Below are positions 39,687 to 52,763 of a DNA stretch of 64,000 nucleotides, one piece after another. The translations under genes were made by a program, and so were the position numbers. Numbering within the stretch: the stretch's first letter is position 1; the number at the start of each line of letters is the position of its first letter. The notes under the pieces are model-generated. The model saw only the letters and a program-made list of their open reading frames with translations. It was not told where the DNA came from and ran no database searches. Source of the stretch: the human T2T-CHM13v2.0 reference genome, Homo sapiens; assembly GCF_009914755.1 (NCBI RefSeq), contig NC_060926.1; one strand, 5' to 3'.

Positions 39687-42600
39687 AAAGTTTCAAGTTT
39701 GGAGAGTGATGTAGCTGGACTTTGCAGGGCAGGGTATTGTAGAAACAGAGAAAGTGCTCTGGAAGTTTCCACTGGGTTTTTCCTGGTTAATATACCAAAA
39801 ACATCTGAGAGAAATTTGTCATTAGCAGTCAGACGACAAAAATGTTTTTTTAAAAAAAATCACATTAAATAAAATATAAGCCAGTAAAAACTCAGGTCCT
39901 CACAAAGGAAAGAAAACATTAGAAGTGATATAGATGTGAGTAAATATAGGTTTTTCTATTGTTTAAAAATAACATAACTGATTATTTGACTACTTAAAGC
40001 AAAAATAACAATGCATTGAGGGGTTTATCATATGTAGAAAATCATATGTGATCATAGGACAACGTATGGGAAAAATAAATAAATACCTAATAAGTTTCTT
40101 AGATCATGTGAGAAGTGGCATAATGTTAAAGGTAGAGTATGTTAAGTTAAAGGCTTATTTTGTAAACCCTGCGAAACCACCAAAAATTGTTAAAGGAGTA
40201 TAGTAAATAAGCTTGTAGAAGAGACGTGGAATACTAAAAATGATCAATTTTTAAAAAGGCAAGAGATAATTCAAAATAAACACGAGACAAATAGAATGTA
40301 ATTATAAATCCAAATCATGGTAGGCTTAAACAAAAGCACATCGATACTTACATTAAATTTAAATAGTCTACATATTCAAAGTAAAAGGTCAAATTTTTGA
40401 CTGGAGAAGAAAAGCAAGACAATACTAAATACATTTTAAATATAAAGCCCGAATAGAGGAAAGGAAAAAGTATCAAAAATATACACCGTGATAACCTTAT
40501 TGAATATAAAGCTGGTGTGGTTACACTAATATCTGGAAAAAAGCAGATTTTGGAACAAAGAATGTTACCAGAGATTTTTTTAAAAGAGTATTTAGTCATA
40601 ACAAAAGGATTCATTCCTTAAGTAATTATTCTAAATGTGTATGCCCTTAATTAGAGAGCTTTAAAATACATGAAACAAAATACTGGTAGAACTGAAATAA
40701 GAAATTGAGAAACTCACCATTACAATTAGATATTTCAACACTTTTCAGTAATTTATAGGAAAGAAAAGATGAAAAATCAGTTAGAATATAAAAGAATTTA
40801 ACAACACTACCAGTCAACTTGACCTAATTGATATTTTAGGACATCCCAAACAACTACAGAATATTTATTCTCCTTAAATGCACAAAAAATTAACTTAAGA
40901 CTACATTATGGGTCATAAAACAAAACTCAGTAGACTTAAAAGAAATAAAATTATACAAAGCATGTCTTCTCTTAAGTAGCAAATTAAGCTAGAAATGAAT
41001 AACACATATTTGGGGAAAAAGTCACCAAGTATATGGAAATAAAAAAAACATACAAATAACTTATGGGTCAAAAAAATACAAATAAAGATATTTGATCCTA
41101 GTGAATGCTAGTGAAATATAAGATGTAAAAATTTGTGTGATGCACTTCAAGCAGTGCACAGAAGACAGTTTATATTTTTCAATACTTACATTTGAAAAGA
41201 AAGATTTAAAAGCATTGATCTAAATTTGTATCTTAGTAAGGTAGAAAAAATGAAATATTAAATCCAAAGTCAACAGGTAAAAAGGAACATAAAATTAGAA
41301 GTTTCTAAATTTAGATTTACAGACATAATAAGATAAATAAGGAAACCCAAAAGCTGGTTTTGAAAAGACCAATACAACAGGTACAACTACAGTGAAAACT
41401 GATCCAGAGAATGACAAAGAAAAAAAGTCCAAATTACTAATGTCACTAATGACAGAAGACATCATTACAAATCCTACAAATATTATACCAATACAGCATT
41501 ATAAATCATTTTGCTAAAAACATTTCCTGAAAAACTCAAATTTCTGAAGCTGACATGAGAAATTTTTTTTACATAAAACACTGCTCTATCATTTAAGAAA
41601 TTTGAATTTGTAATTAAACAAAGAAACAAAACTTCTCACAAGGAATACTCCAGATCCAGAAACCTTCACTAGTGAATTCTATAAAAGTTAAGAATGATAT
41701 ATTATCAATCCTACACAAATTATTTTAAGAAAATAGTGGTGAAGGGAATAATTTCTAATTCATTTTAGGAAGCTAGCATTTCATTGATACTTAAGCCTAT
41801 AAAAGGTATTTAAAAATCTTCAATATCCCTCTTCAACGTAGACACACATCTTTCAGACAATAACAAATCAAATTCAGCAGTATGTAAAAATAAAAACATA
41901 AGCCAGGGTTTGTCTTAGTGATGCAAGCTTCAATTAACATGGAGAAAATCAATTAATGCAATTCACAATAAAATAAAACAAAAGAGAAAAATAATGCAAT
42001 AATTTAATAGGCATTGGGTGAGAATCACTATTGGTGAAATCTTTCTGCACACTAGAAATAGAAGAGGTATTTCTCAATCGGGTAAAGGGCATCTACAAGA
42101 ACTTAAAGGTAACATCTAGTTGGTGAAAACCCAATGTTTTTCTTAAAAATCCGGCGGAAAAATGCATGGCTATCCCTTTTATCACAACCATTCAACATTA
42201 TACTACATAGAATAGCTGGTGCCATAAGGCAAAACAAATAAACTATAGTCATACATTTATTTTTGTGTAGGATAGGTAAAATGTCCTGTTTACATTTGAC
42301 ACAGTCATGTAGGAAGAAAACTTCAAGCAATCTCCAAAGAGTACTAGATAAAAGTAGATTTAACAAACTAGAAGGATATATGGCTTATAAACAAAAAGAA
42401 ATTAAACTTCCATATGCTATAAATATTTAGAAAATAAGATTAAAAAGTCAAAAAATATAAATACTTAGGAATAAGTAAACAATATTTGCAATATCTGTAC
42501 CAAAAAATCTTTCAAAACGTTGCTGAGCAAAATTAAAGATCAGATAAACAAAGGCATAATATGTTCATGGATATAAAGATTTGAAACTGTGAAAATGTTA

Positions 42601-43442
42601 GACTTTTTCTAATCTGTAGATTCAGCACAACCCCTATTAAAACTCCAATTCATAGATACTGGAATATTATTCTAAAATGTGTACAGAAAAGACGATCTAA
42701 AATAAGCAAAATAATCTCCACTCAGGTGAAAGAAGTATGACACCATACTTAGTTCCAAGACTAACTATAATGCTATGCTAATCAAAACTGTGTGCAATTG
42801 TTAGACATGTAGATCAATGAAGCAAACAGAATCCAAGAAGAAGGATCAAACTTATATTGCCAGTTGATTTCTAATAAATGTGCCAAGTTATTTAAATGGC
42901 AAAAAAGGTGGAACATCTGGCACTCACAGGAAAAAAATAAAAACAGAGAGAAACTTAACACTTACCTTGCCCCAATAACAAAATTGACTTGAAATAGATC
43001 ATAGAGCTAAGTGCAAAAACTAAATCTATACAATCTCTATAAGTAGATCTAGTTGAAATTCTTTGCAACCTTGGCATAGGCAACGGTTTCTTAGGACACA
43101 AAAAGCACTAACAAAGAAACAAAAGAATAGATGATGCTTGTCATTTAAAAAAAAGTTCTGCTCATTAAGAATATGGTGAAGAAAAATAAAACAATGAAAC
43201 CCAGACTGGAAGAAAAAATTGCATTTTAGATGTAATTGGCAAGAGATTCTATTTTGAATACAAACGCTTACATTGCAACTCCGAGAGACAAACCATTACA
43301 AATTGGCAAAAGATTTTAATAGACATTTTACAAAACAACATATAAAAAAGGCCAATGTGCACAAGAAAAGCTATTCAACATCATTATCATCAGGAAAGTG
43401 TAAGTTATGATCATTTTTACGGTATATTTTTCTAATTCTCAC

Positions 43443-44070
43443 TACATAGCTAAAAGTAAAAAATAAGATCAACATACTAGGCACTGGCAAGGATATAGAG
43501 CAACCGAGGTTTATATATAATATGTATTATTATATATTATATATATTATATTTATTATATGTAATATATATTGTATTATTATATATATTATATATAATAT
43601 ATATTGTATTATTATATATATTATATATAATATATATTGTATATTATATATATTATATATATTATATTATTATATATTATATATATTATATTATTATATA
43701 TTATATATTATATATATTATATTATATATTATATATTATATTATATATATTATATTATATATTATATATTATATTATATATATTATATTATATATTATAT
43801 ATTATATTATATATATTATATATATTATATATTATATATATTATATATTATATATTATATATATTATATATAATATATAATATATATTATATTATTATAT
43901 AATATTATATATTATATATATTATATATTATATATAATATATATTATATTATTATATAATATTATATATTATATATATTAGATATATTATATATATATAT
44001 AAACCTCGGTTGCTCTATATCCTTGCCAGTGCCTAGTATGTTGATCTTATTTTTTACTTTTAGCTATGTA
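43443..44070. repeat. Perfect 77-bp inverted repeat flanking an about 474-bp (TATAT/TA)n AT-rich tract
   Basis: 43443-43519 is the exact reverse complement of 43994-44070 by manual base-by-base comparison. Confidence 0.95.
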
Positions 44071-44571
44071 TAATATATATAATATATACACTTCGCTGAT
44101 GATAGTGTAAAATGATACAACCTTTGTAGAAATCAGTTTGGCACTGGCTTAAAAGTTAACTATATGACATAACACTTCCCCTACAAGATATTTTCCCAAG
44201 AGATAGTATCCTGTGTCCACAAAAAGATTTGAACATGAATGCTCATTGCAGCTTTGTTTCACAGAACCAAACACTGAAAACAACACAAGCATTCGTCAAC
44301 AAATATAGAGAGAAAAACTGTGATATAATCATACAGTAAAATACTACTCAGCAATAAAGAGAAATACATGTGATGAATGAATTTCAAAGTAAATATGCCA
44401 AGTAGTCAAAGACAAACAGTAAAGTATACATACTATGTAATTCATTGATATGAAATCTTATTAAAAGTAAAATTAACCTATAGTGAAACAAAGTAGAACA
44501 GTGATTGCTTTGGGCAGAGGTGAACTGGAATTGTTACTATGGGGCAAGAGGGAGAGAAAAGCATTCTATAT

Positions 44572-45182
44572 TGTATTCATTTCCTGCAATTGTTGACATG
44601 AATTATCACAAAAGCAGCAAAATAAAGCAACACTTACTTATTTCACAGTTGTGTAGGCATGACATGGCTATCCAATTCTCTGCTCCACATTTCACGAGGC
44701 TGAAATCAAGATGTTGGGAGGGCTGTGCTCCTTTCTGGAAGCCCTGAGGATAAATTCACTTCCAAGTCGATTCAGATTTTCAGAAAATTCAGTATCAGGC
44801 AACTATAGGAATGAAGTCGCATTACTTGCTGGCTGCCTGCCAATGGTCATTCTCAGCTTCAGGAAGCATTTTGTGTCTTATGACCCCCTCTTCCAAGGGA
44901 GGAATCTTTGTTGAATCTTCAAGATATCAAAGCTAGGTTAAGTCCTTCCCGTATTTTACATCTCTGACCTCCTGTTCTGCCTTCCTCTTCTACTTTTAAG
45001 GGCTTCTGTGATTGAATTGGGCCCACCTGATAATCCAAGAGACCCGCCCTCAGCTGATTATAACCTTAATTACACCTGCAAAGCCCCTCACAGAAGTACC
45101 TAGATTAGTGTTTGACTGAATAACTAGGAGACTAGAATCTCCATGGGAAAGGGGGAGACTCTTTAGAATTATGCCTAACCCG
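44572..45182 (-). mobile_element. MLT1E-like MaLR solo LTR inserted in the L1ME 3'UTR
   Basis: 'tgtattcatttcctg...gaggctgaaatcaagatgttgg...ctttagaattatgccta'; TSD tatat (44567-44571 / 45183-45187). Confidence 0.8.
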
Positions 45183-46194
45183 TATATCTTGATGGGGTAA
45201 TGGCCACATTGGTATATTCATATGCCGATGTGAGTCGAACTGTTTATTTAAAATGAATTGACTTTATTATATATAATAGACCTTAATATACTAAATTTGA
45301 AATGTAAAAATAACTATCTAGAGAAATTTATAGTGAAAATACAAAATAAAGGCATAAAGTACGCTTTAGAATAAAGGATAATGTCTTTTTACATTCAGAT
45401 GTCTTTAGTAAAGTGTAGTCCATGATACATATATAAGGCATATATAATTCATTGTTATATGTAACCATATATAACAATGAATATATATTCAATTAACGGA
45501 TTAAAAAATTAATTCAGTTGTTTCCAGGATGACTCTTCTCAGATAACTTTTGTTTCCCTGATTTGAGGAAAAAATAAAACAGGAGCAAGAACAACCAAAT
45601 TATAGATAACTATAAGTCACATGCCTCTTGAATAACTTGTGTCAGCTCTCCGTGAACTTGTATAAATACAGATGTCATGCAAGACTAGATGAGTATGAAA
45701 CTAGATGAGTAATTTTATTACTGTCCAGTAGAAATGTAAGCCACATAAATAATTTTAAATATTCTACAGATACATTATAATGAACGTTAGGAAAAACAGA
45801 TGAAATTAATGTTAATATACATTGTCCATCTTGTTAAGACCATTTGTCTTTACCAGACCATTCCTTGATTAAATTTATCTGGAACCCATTTATCTGACCT
45901 GGAATTCCAACACGCAGATTCTTGATAAAATTAGTAGGTCAATTTATTAAAAATAATATTCATGAGCACGCTAACATTTTTAAGTGCTCTAAATTATCTA
46001 CATACAAGTTTACTTCATTAGTTTTTATAAATGTTTAGTTTGTTTGATATTCAACACAATGAGGTAAACCTAATAAAATTGCCTGGGCCTTTGAAAGGAT
46101 AGTTTTCAGGACAAATAATTTCTTTAATAAAATGCAAAAGCTATGTTTAAATCATAGAATTATAAAGCCAGAAAATTGCTTCAATTCTTTTAGA

Positions 46195-46420
46195 GCATTA
46201 GTTGGCAAGCTACAGCTGGCTAGGACAAATGTGGCTTACTGCCAGATTTTGTAAATAAAGCTTTATTGAACCCTAGTCACACCCATTTATTTGCATATTG
46301 TCTAAGGCTGCATCTGGGCTGCAATTGTAGAGTGAGCAGCTGCAACAAAAACCATATGACCTAGAAAGCCTAAAATATTTACTATCTTGTCCTTTATAGA
46401 AAAAAATTGCCAATGCTTAC
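46195..46420 (+). mobile_element. MER58A
   Basis: 'gttggcaagctacagc...ttttgtaaataaagctttattgaac...aaagcctaaaatatttactatc'. Confidence 0.85.
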
Positions 46421-46424
46421 TCTT

Positions 46425-47075
46425 GGCCACTGTGGTAGCCACTGCTCACCTGTGAGTATTGAGCACTTAAAATGTGGCTGGTACAACTAAGGAACTGAAG
46501 TTTTAATTTAATTGAAATGTGCTTCAATTACAAAATGTAAATTTACAGTATTGATCAGGGTTCTTCACAGAAGCAGAACATATAGGAGATGTATTATCCC
46601 ACACACACGCACATACATAGAGAGAGACAAATGGACAGACAGACAAAAAGAGAGAGAGAGAGAGGTTAAAGGAATTGGCTTATGTGTTTATGGACTCTGG
46701 CAAGGCCAAACTGTAGTATGGGCTGGAAGTCTCAAGACCCAGGAAGGACAGTGATGCCAATGAAGTCCAAATGTAGTCTTCTGGAAATCCCCTCTTGCTT
46801 GGGGTGGTCACATTTTTGGTTAAATTCAGGCCTTCAACTGATTGAATGAGCTCACCTACATTACGGTGGGCAATCTGTTTTACCCAAAGTTTACTGCATT
46901 AAAGGTCACCCCAAAAATACCCTCCAAGTTGACACATAAAACTGACCATCATACTTACTATTTTAAAGACATAAAATTGCAAAGACTTTTTTTTAAAAAA
47001 TGTAAAATATCTCATTTTCATATTGACTACCTGTTGAAATTATCATAGTTTAGAAATATTGGTTAAATAAAATTG
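46425..47075. mobile_element. MER3/MER33-like hAT element interrupted by an MLT2 LTR
   Basis: 'tattgagcacttaaaatgtggctggtacaactaaggaactgaagttttaattt' and, after the LTR, 'aatgtaaaatatctcattttcatattgactac'. Confidence 0.7.
46548..46952 (-). mobile_element. MLT2 (ERVL) solo LTR with internal (CA)/(GA) tract
   Basis: 'cagggttcttcacagaagcagaac...aaggaattggcttatgtg...ccaagttgacacataaaactgaccatca'. Confidence 0.85.
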
Positions 47076-47499
47076 CAGAGTTCTGTCCCAGTATTATAAG
47101 TTCCACCTAACTTTGGAAACTGACCAGAGATTGAATCCAATGCCAACCAGAAAAGAAGTTGCCAGGTGAGGAAAGTCCAAATGACTCTCTTATCTTCAGA
47201 GTGATTGTGAACTCCATCAACACTGTGCACTGGGATTTTGCTTTGGGATAACTTCCCAGACATTGACCTTGACTAAAATCAGGCAGTGTCTAGACAGAAC
47301 TGTCACTATGGTTACTTTGTCTGAATGGATGGTTAGATCAAGTAATTAGCTAATTAATTAGACGATCAATCTTTAAGTGATGTAATTAATTAACTTGATA
47401 CTTAAAATGTGAGACATAGATGCTCCTAAGGGTAAGGCATGTTCATAAAATGTAGTTGCTGCCCTCTAAGAGCTTTCTCTTATTTCTGTTTGCTTCCCT

Positions 47500-47673
47500 A
47501 ATTCTCTCCTTCTCTCCTTACTTCCTTACTTTTCCCTTCTCTGCCTCCTCTCCTCTCTCCCTCCCTTTTCCCTCCCTCCCTTCCCTCCCCTTCCTTCCTT
47601 CCTTCTTTCCTTCCTTCCTTCCTTTCTTCTTCCCTCCCTCCCTCCCTCTCTCCTTCCTTCTTTCTTTTCTTCC
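47500..47673. repeat. CT-rich (CCTT/CCCT)n polypyrimidine tract
   Basis: Directly visible. Confidence 0.95.
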
Positions 47674-48348
47674 ATTTATATAGCTTGTTTGTTGTGGACT
47701 TTAATCCAGGATGTAATTCTGGTTCACACATAATGTTTGGTTTTATGCAAAGGCACATACCTTTTGGATGAACTACTTTATTTAGATTTGGGCTCTTGAG
47801 ATTTTTCCTTTAGATCTGAGACACTTGTATATTCTTTGGTTTTCATACCCTTCCCAATGTGAATAGTTTGACCTTTCTTTCAATTCTTCCTACAGAAACT
47901 TATGTGAAACATTTGGCAACTATTCTGGGTTCCCCCCCACCCCTTATCTTATTGCTAGTTATCTAAGAAGTGTCTGTTTAAGGGGTTAATAAAATTTACA
48001 ATAGGCACAAGACTCTAACTGTATGAAATAATAAATTCTAGCTGATATAATTGGAACTGCTAAGCCATTATTTTTCCTGAGCTAGTCAGATGTGTTTTTG
48101 ACAGAGAGTTAAACTTTAGGTATTACAAACTGTTCGTTACATTGTCTTTGTTGCCAGCTGGACGTTGAGTAAGCTGAAGACAGCATGTCAGTGGTTCTCA
48201 GGTTTCATAGCCAAAATACTATGCAATCTTAATCTCGCCATCCATTTCCAGCCACATTTATGAAAACCTTCCTTTGATTAACTTCTTTGTGAATCACTTT
48301 ATTTTCTGTGATAACGCTACCTCCCATGTTTAAACAGATAGTACTTCC

Positions 48349-48822
48349 TACAGCAGAAGCTGTTGTTATCTCATGTCCTCTCAACCCTCCTCTAAATTCA
48401 ACTATAGCCAAGGCCACAGTGTCTGCTCATGTGGGCAGCCTCCCCTTCAAGGCCTGTGTCTCTAGGAGGGCGCGGTTCTAGGGCTGTGAGAGCTGGTCAG
48501 CAATCATGGCTGTTAAGAATGACTGGAGATAGCACCTCAAGGGATAATGGCAGCACATAAGGAACTCGAATCAGTGGGTAAATGCTCTAGCTTCCCATCT
48601 TTTTTGTGGAAATACTGAAATGCATTTATAGACTCAAGAGACGGGCCCTGGAAGTCTTTCCCACAGTGGAGACCTGCTCATTAACACATCCTTGATTGAT
48701 TTTCTTCCTTCCTTGGTCCACTCTCTTCACTTCCTTACTCATGTTTCATGAAAAACCAAGTAACCTGCCAGCAGCCCCATCAATTTCCCAGAATAGGCTT
48801 GGAGGGAATCCTACATAAGACT
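48349..48822 (+). mobile_element. LTR16-like ERVL LTR
   Basis: 'cagtgggtaaatgctctagcttccc...cccacagtggagacctgctcattaacac...gagggaatcctacataagac'. Confidence 0.65.
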
Positions 48823-49049
48823 CTTCCTTTGTGGTCATAGCACACTGTAGAAACTGTGGCCACATAATTCTGTGAGCTCTGTAACACTGTAGGGCTGAGT
48901 GTGTCATCAGGAGAACACCAGGCCATGACTCAGCTGTAGTTTTATTGTCTTCTTACGATTCTTACCACACAAGACCTACAGGTACACACAAAGGGAGACT
49001 CATCTTCAATTTTCTGAGGCAAGGTTGGAAACTACATAATAGTGGTTTC

Positions 49050-49250
49050 TTACATTAAGCAAAATACATTCATATGCTTATGTCATTGATTCTTCCCAAC
49101 ACTTTGAAAGGTCAGCGTATTTAACCAAATTGACAGATAAAAATACTGAGACTTTGATTGAAGGACTAAGAAAACACAAATATGACCTGGAGTCTGAAAG
49201 AGCATTTCAGTAAGAAAAGAGGTTTTCTAACTCCAACACCAGTGACTACT
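49050..49250 (-). mobile_element. MIR fragment
   Basis: 'ttgacagataaaaatactgagact' MIR core. Confidence 0.55.
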
Positions 49251-49879
49251 ATCAGACACTATTCAAGATGTGAAGAGATTACCTAGAAAACTGAAATTTC
49301 TAGGGAACACTTTATTTTCACTGGTATAACCATTCATATGTTATCCTGGAAAAACAAAAGAAAATGAGACAATTTTGCTTTCTAAGTTCAATAGTGTGGT
49401 GATTCAACAATATCCCTTGTCCTTAATTTTAAAAAGTGAGGGGTGTGGATGGGGGCAGGACCTTAATGTAGATGAAATTGGCCATATTTCTAGTTCCCAA
49501 AATGGGCCCATTTCCAACTATAAACAGCTATTCTCTCATAATGTCGCTGCTGTCTTCAAGATATTTCTTCAGTCTTTGCCTGCTACCTCAGATGTTAACT
49601 GCTTTACCTGGCCTTTGAAGTTAGCCAGACATATTCCCTCCTACCCACTAGAACCTATTGTACTGCTGTTTGGTTACAACATAAACCTTCCTCTAGGGTC
49701 AGACCAGTCTTTTTACTATCAAAATATATCCCTAGTTTCTGCCTACTCATGTCTGCCTCCCTCCATTCAGATCCTATCCATACTTCATGGTCCAGGTGAC
49801 ATTCTCTCTGCTCTGTTCTAAAAGATCACCATTATTCCCATCCTCAGAACCATCTTCTTTTCCTAAAATGTTTACCATG

Positions 49880-50225
49880 TGCTATAGACTGAATGTTTAT
49901 GTTTATACCAATAAGATGGTATTAGGAGGTGGGGCCTTTCGAAGGTGATTAGGTTTAAATGAGGTTATAAGGGGGAGACCCTCATTATGGGGTTAGTACC
50001 CTTAAAAGAAGGGTCATGAGAGATTGCTATGACTCTCTGCTTTCCATCATGTGAGGACATGAGAAGATCACCATCTGCAAACTGAGAAGAGGGTCCTCGC
50101 CATACACTGGATCTGCTGGCACCTTGATCTTGGACTTCCCAGTCTCTACAACTTTAAGAAATACATTTCTGTTATTTAAGCCACCAAGTCTATGATAATT
50201 TGTTATAGCAGCCAGAACTAAGACA
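49880..50225 (+). mobile_element. MLT1A/MLT1A0 MaLR solo LTR
   Basis: 'tgctatagactgaatgttt...atctgctggcaccttgatcttggacttcccag...tttgttatagcagccagaactaagaca'. Confidence 0.88.
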
Positions 50226-51344
50226 TCACATATCTTAGTTTTCATTCAATTTAGGGAAAGGAACAGGCCATGATGTTCCCAGGTTTCTCATATCCTTTGC
50301 AGCCTGCTAAACACAATGTAATTGTGTAAAACACATCTTGGTTATTTACAGGCAAAGAAAGGAGGAGAAGTTCCAAGGCGGAAAGACAACCAGCTACATT
50401 TCTGAGACTTTGTCTTCCTCCAGGGTATCATTAACCAACTCTGTTTATCGCTCTGGGCCTTAAGCGAAGGCAGTGCTAAAAAGAAAATTCCTTCAATGAC
50501 CCCAATTTCTGAAAATGGTATGCATTTTCACACACAGAAGAAATACATAACTCACCTCTAAAATACCTAATACTGATTGTTCACTTACAGTATAAGAGAG
50601 GTGCCTCTATATTTCTGGTACTGGGCTTTAAATTTTTCACTGAAGTGGATTCCATGGAAGACCTTTGAGGCTTTATAGAAAAAGAATACTGCAATCATCT
50701 TGCAAACATTTGAGACTTGCAAGGGGGAGAGTAAGCATTTTGTGTGGTTGGAGTGTAAATAAGGGAAATTTCCCTGGAGCTGTTTAGGATGTGAATCTGG
50801 CCCAATTTTAAGAGAGCTCCTGCTCTGCTCTGCAACCTCTCCAAGGAGCTGATCGAGAGAGCCGTCTTGAAGTAACTTGGAAATAGCTTAGAGTTTGGGT
50901 CAGCTCTATAGAGAGGATGAACAGAAAGAGAAACAGCTGTTGATATAAATGGATTATTGAATTAGGAATTGAAACAGAGAGGCACATGAGTAAGGGGCAA
51001 AACAGCAAAGGGGCTGCTCCTTAAAAGAGGGTGCAGCAAACCTGCAGAAGACTGAAGATGCTTTTTCTGCCAACACTACTGGTTAACTGTTGATTTCTTT
51101 GCTGTGCTGTCTTTGCTTAGAGAAAGGTTTTTGTGACTGATGTTGTCTCAGACATTACAGATAAAACTACAAACAATTATGCTTCTCATAGCTAAGAAAA
51201 AGCTTAGAAAAGGGCACATAGGATAGAACATAAGGAAAATGATTAAACAGATGAAAGCCAAGAGCTGTCAAATGAAGGAATGGCCTCAAAATAACAAAAC
51301 AAAGATTTAACTCCGTAAAGTTAAAGTTTAAAGGAAAATTGCCA

Positions 51345-51850
51345 GCCACTCAACAAATTATAATTTGCAACTACTGTGTCCCAGGCACTTTGACAGATGC
51401 TGGGACTAACATGATAAATTGGTCAGCCTATGATATCTACTATCCCAGGAATTCATGTTCAAAGAGTACCTGGGCAGAAAAGGATTAAGAGATTCTCTAG
51501 TCTACAAGCAAAAACTAGAGACCTAAAAATACATACTGTTTGTTTCTAAAACTTGAGTTTGAATGCTGAAAGCCTTTAGACCAGGTTTGCGAACTCTAGT
51601 TATTGTAGTCCTAAGTCTTTCTTGTGTTTTTGAGCCACTAAATTTCCTTACATGCTTTTGTGGCTTTGAAAGCATCTGAGTTTGCAACAACTCCTGCATA
51701 TCTCCTGTTATAAAACTAGGAGACATGCAGAAGTTTTACAATTTCGGAAACTGAGGGTAAACAAGATTAATGGATTTACCTCCATTTTCACTGCTAACGA
51801 GGAGCAGAGGCAAGACTAGAATCCAGGTCTCATTACTCTTAGTGCAGCAC
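51345..51850 (-). mobile_element. L2 3' end (about 51345-51460) and MIR (about 51730-51850) fragments
   Basis: 'cactcaacaaatta...ctactgtgtcccaggcact' and 'ggaaactgagg...caagactagaatccaggtc'. Confidence 0.6.
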
Positions 51851-52669
51851 ACCACTTGTATCAAGGCTGTTGGTGTTCTATGTCATCATGGGGATAGAGG
51901 GCATCAAGTCTTAAATGACTTTCTTGGGTTATTCAGAATATTGGTGTCAGAACAGTGTATGACTTCAGTCTATTTCTCTAGTCACTCAGTATTCCACGTC
52001 CCAACCTCCTTTGCCTATTTTCTCCCTTTCCCAGGGGAATAAGACAATGAAGCAATCTCAGACAGGCTTTAGAATCGTTGGAGCAAACTTAGATGGACTG
52101 CTCCAGAACTCAATTACTGTTTCAGCTCCACTGAAGAGAGATGGCATGGCTAGTGATGGCAGCCTATACATGTCCCTTTTCCCCCACTCCTGAACTAAAC
52201 TCCTTGTCGTGACCTCTTCTACTCTGCAGGTTCTATTCTCCCTGCTCTTTAGGTGTCACATCTGAGCAGTGCCCTGATGCGGACTAGATATTACAGCCAC
52301 CTTTCTCCCAACATCATCTCCCAGAAGCTGTCAGCATGTAATGATTTTCAGTTGCAACTGACTGGGATGAGAGTATTGTTTTAATTGCTATTGAATAACA
52401 GCAAATTAAGCAGGGCAACATAGAAGAGGCAATGAGAATGAGAATTGTACTTTTGTTCAAAAGCATAAATTTAGGACTACTGCAGTTGTGTTGTAACTCT
52501 GAAAACTGAGAATGTATGTTTTTTTTATATACTGGGAAAACTTCTGGAGTAGACTGTATTTTCTTTCTAATAGTAGGTTTAGTTTGTTCTCTATAGAAAA
52601 ATGACAAGGCAATAAAAGAGGTCCTTGCTTTATGACACCAGAATATTTTAGATAAGACTCAGTACTCAC

Positions 52670-52763
52670 CCTTAATTGATTTTACGCTGGTGGAAAGCAA
52701 CAGCAGAGCAGCGAGAGGCAATGGAATGATGGTGTTACAACCTCCAACCAACTTAGTCACAGT
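52670..52763 (-). other. Candidate 94-nt internal exon (transcript unknown, possibly non-coding)
   Basis: Minus strand reads tgctaatttcctttctcttttgtttctcag | exon | AAGG/gtgagt: branch point, long pyrimidine tract and consensus donor. Confidence 0.5.

Larger units (their letters stand above)
39215..45300 (+). mobile_element. Ancient LINE-1 (L1ME-like) with ORF1 largely deleted
   Basis: 5' end-like 'acttctggccatggtggagta'; A-rich ORF2 remnants about 40340-43500; 3'UTR 44090-44571 and 45183-45300. Confidence 0.75.

Noticed and set aside
43522-43902. 126-aa and 78-aa Tyr/Ile-rich ORFs
   Set aside because: Translation of the (TATAT)n tract; low-complexity artefact
45685-45712. 12-bp direct repeat actagatgagta; similar micro-duplications near 9315, 13820, 41098 and 53275
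   Set aside because: Ordinary slippage-scale duplications
47498-47758. Arg/Glu/Gly-rich ORF
   Set aside because: Translation of the (CCTT)n tract
49375-49821. 148-aa ORF in partly unique sequence
   Set aside because: Starts at TTG, has no recognisable domain or splice context, and its 3' part looks like decayed L2
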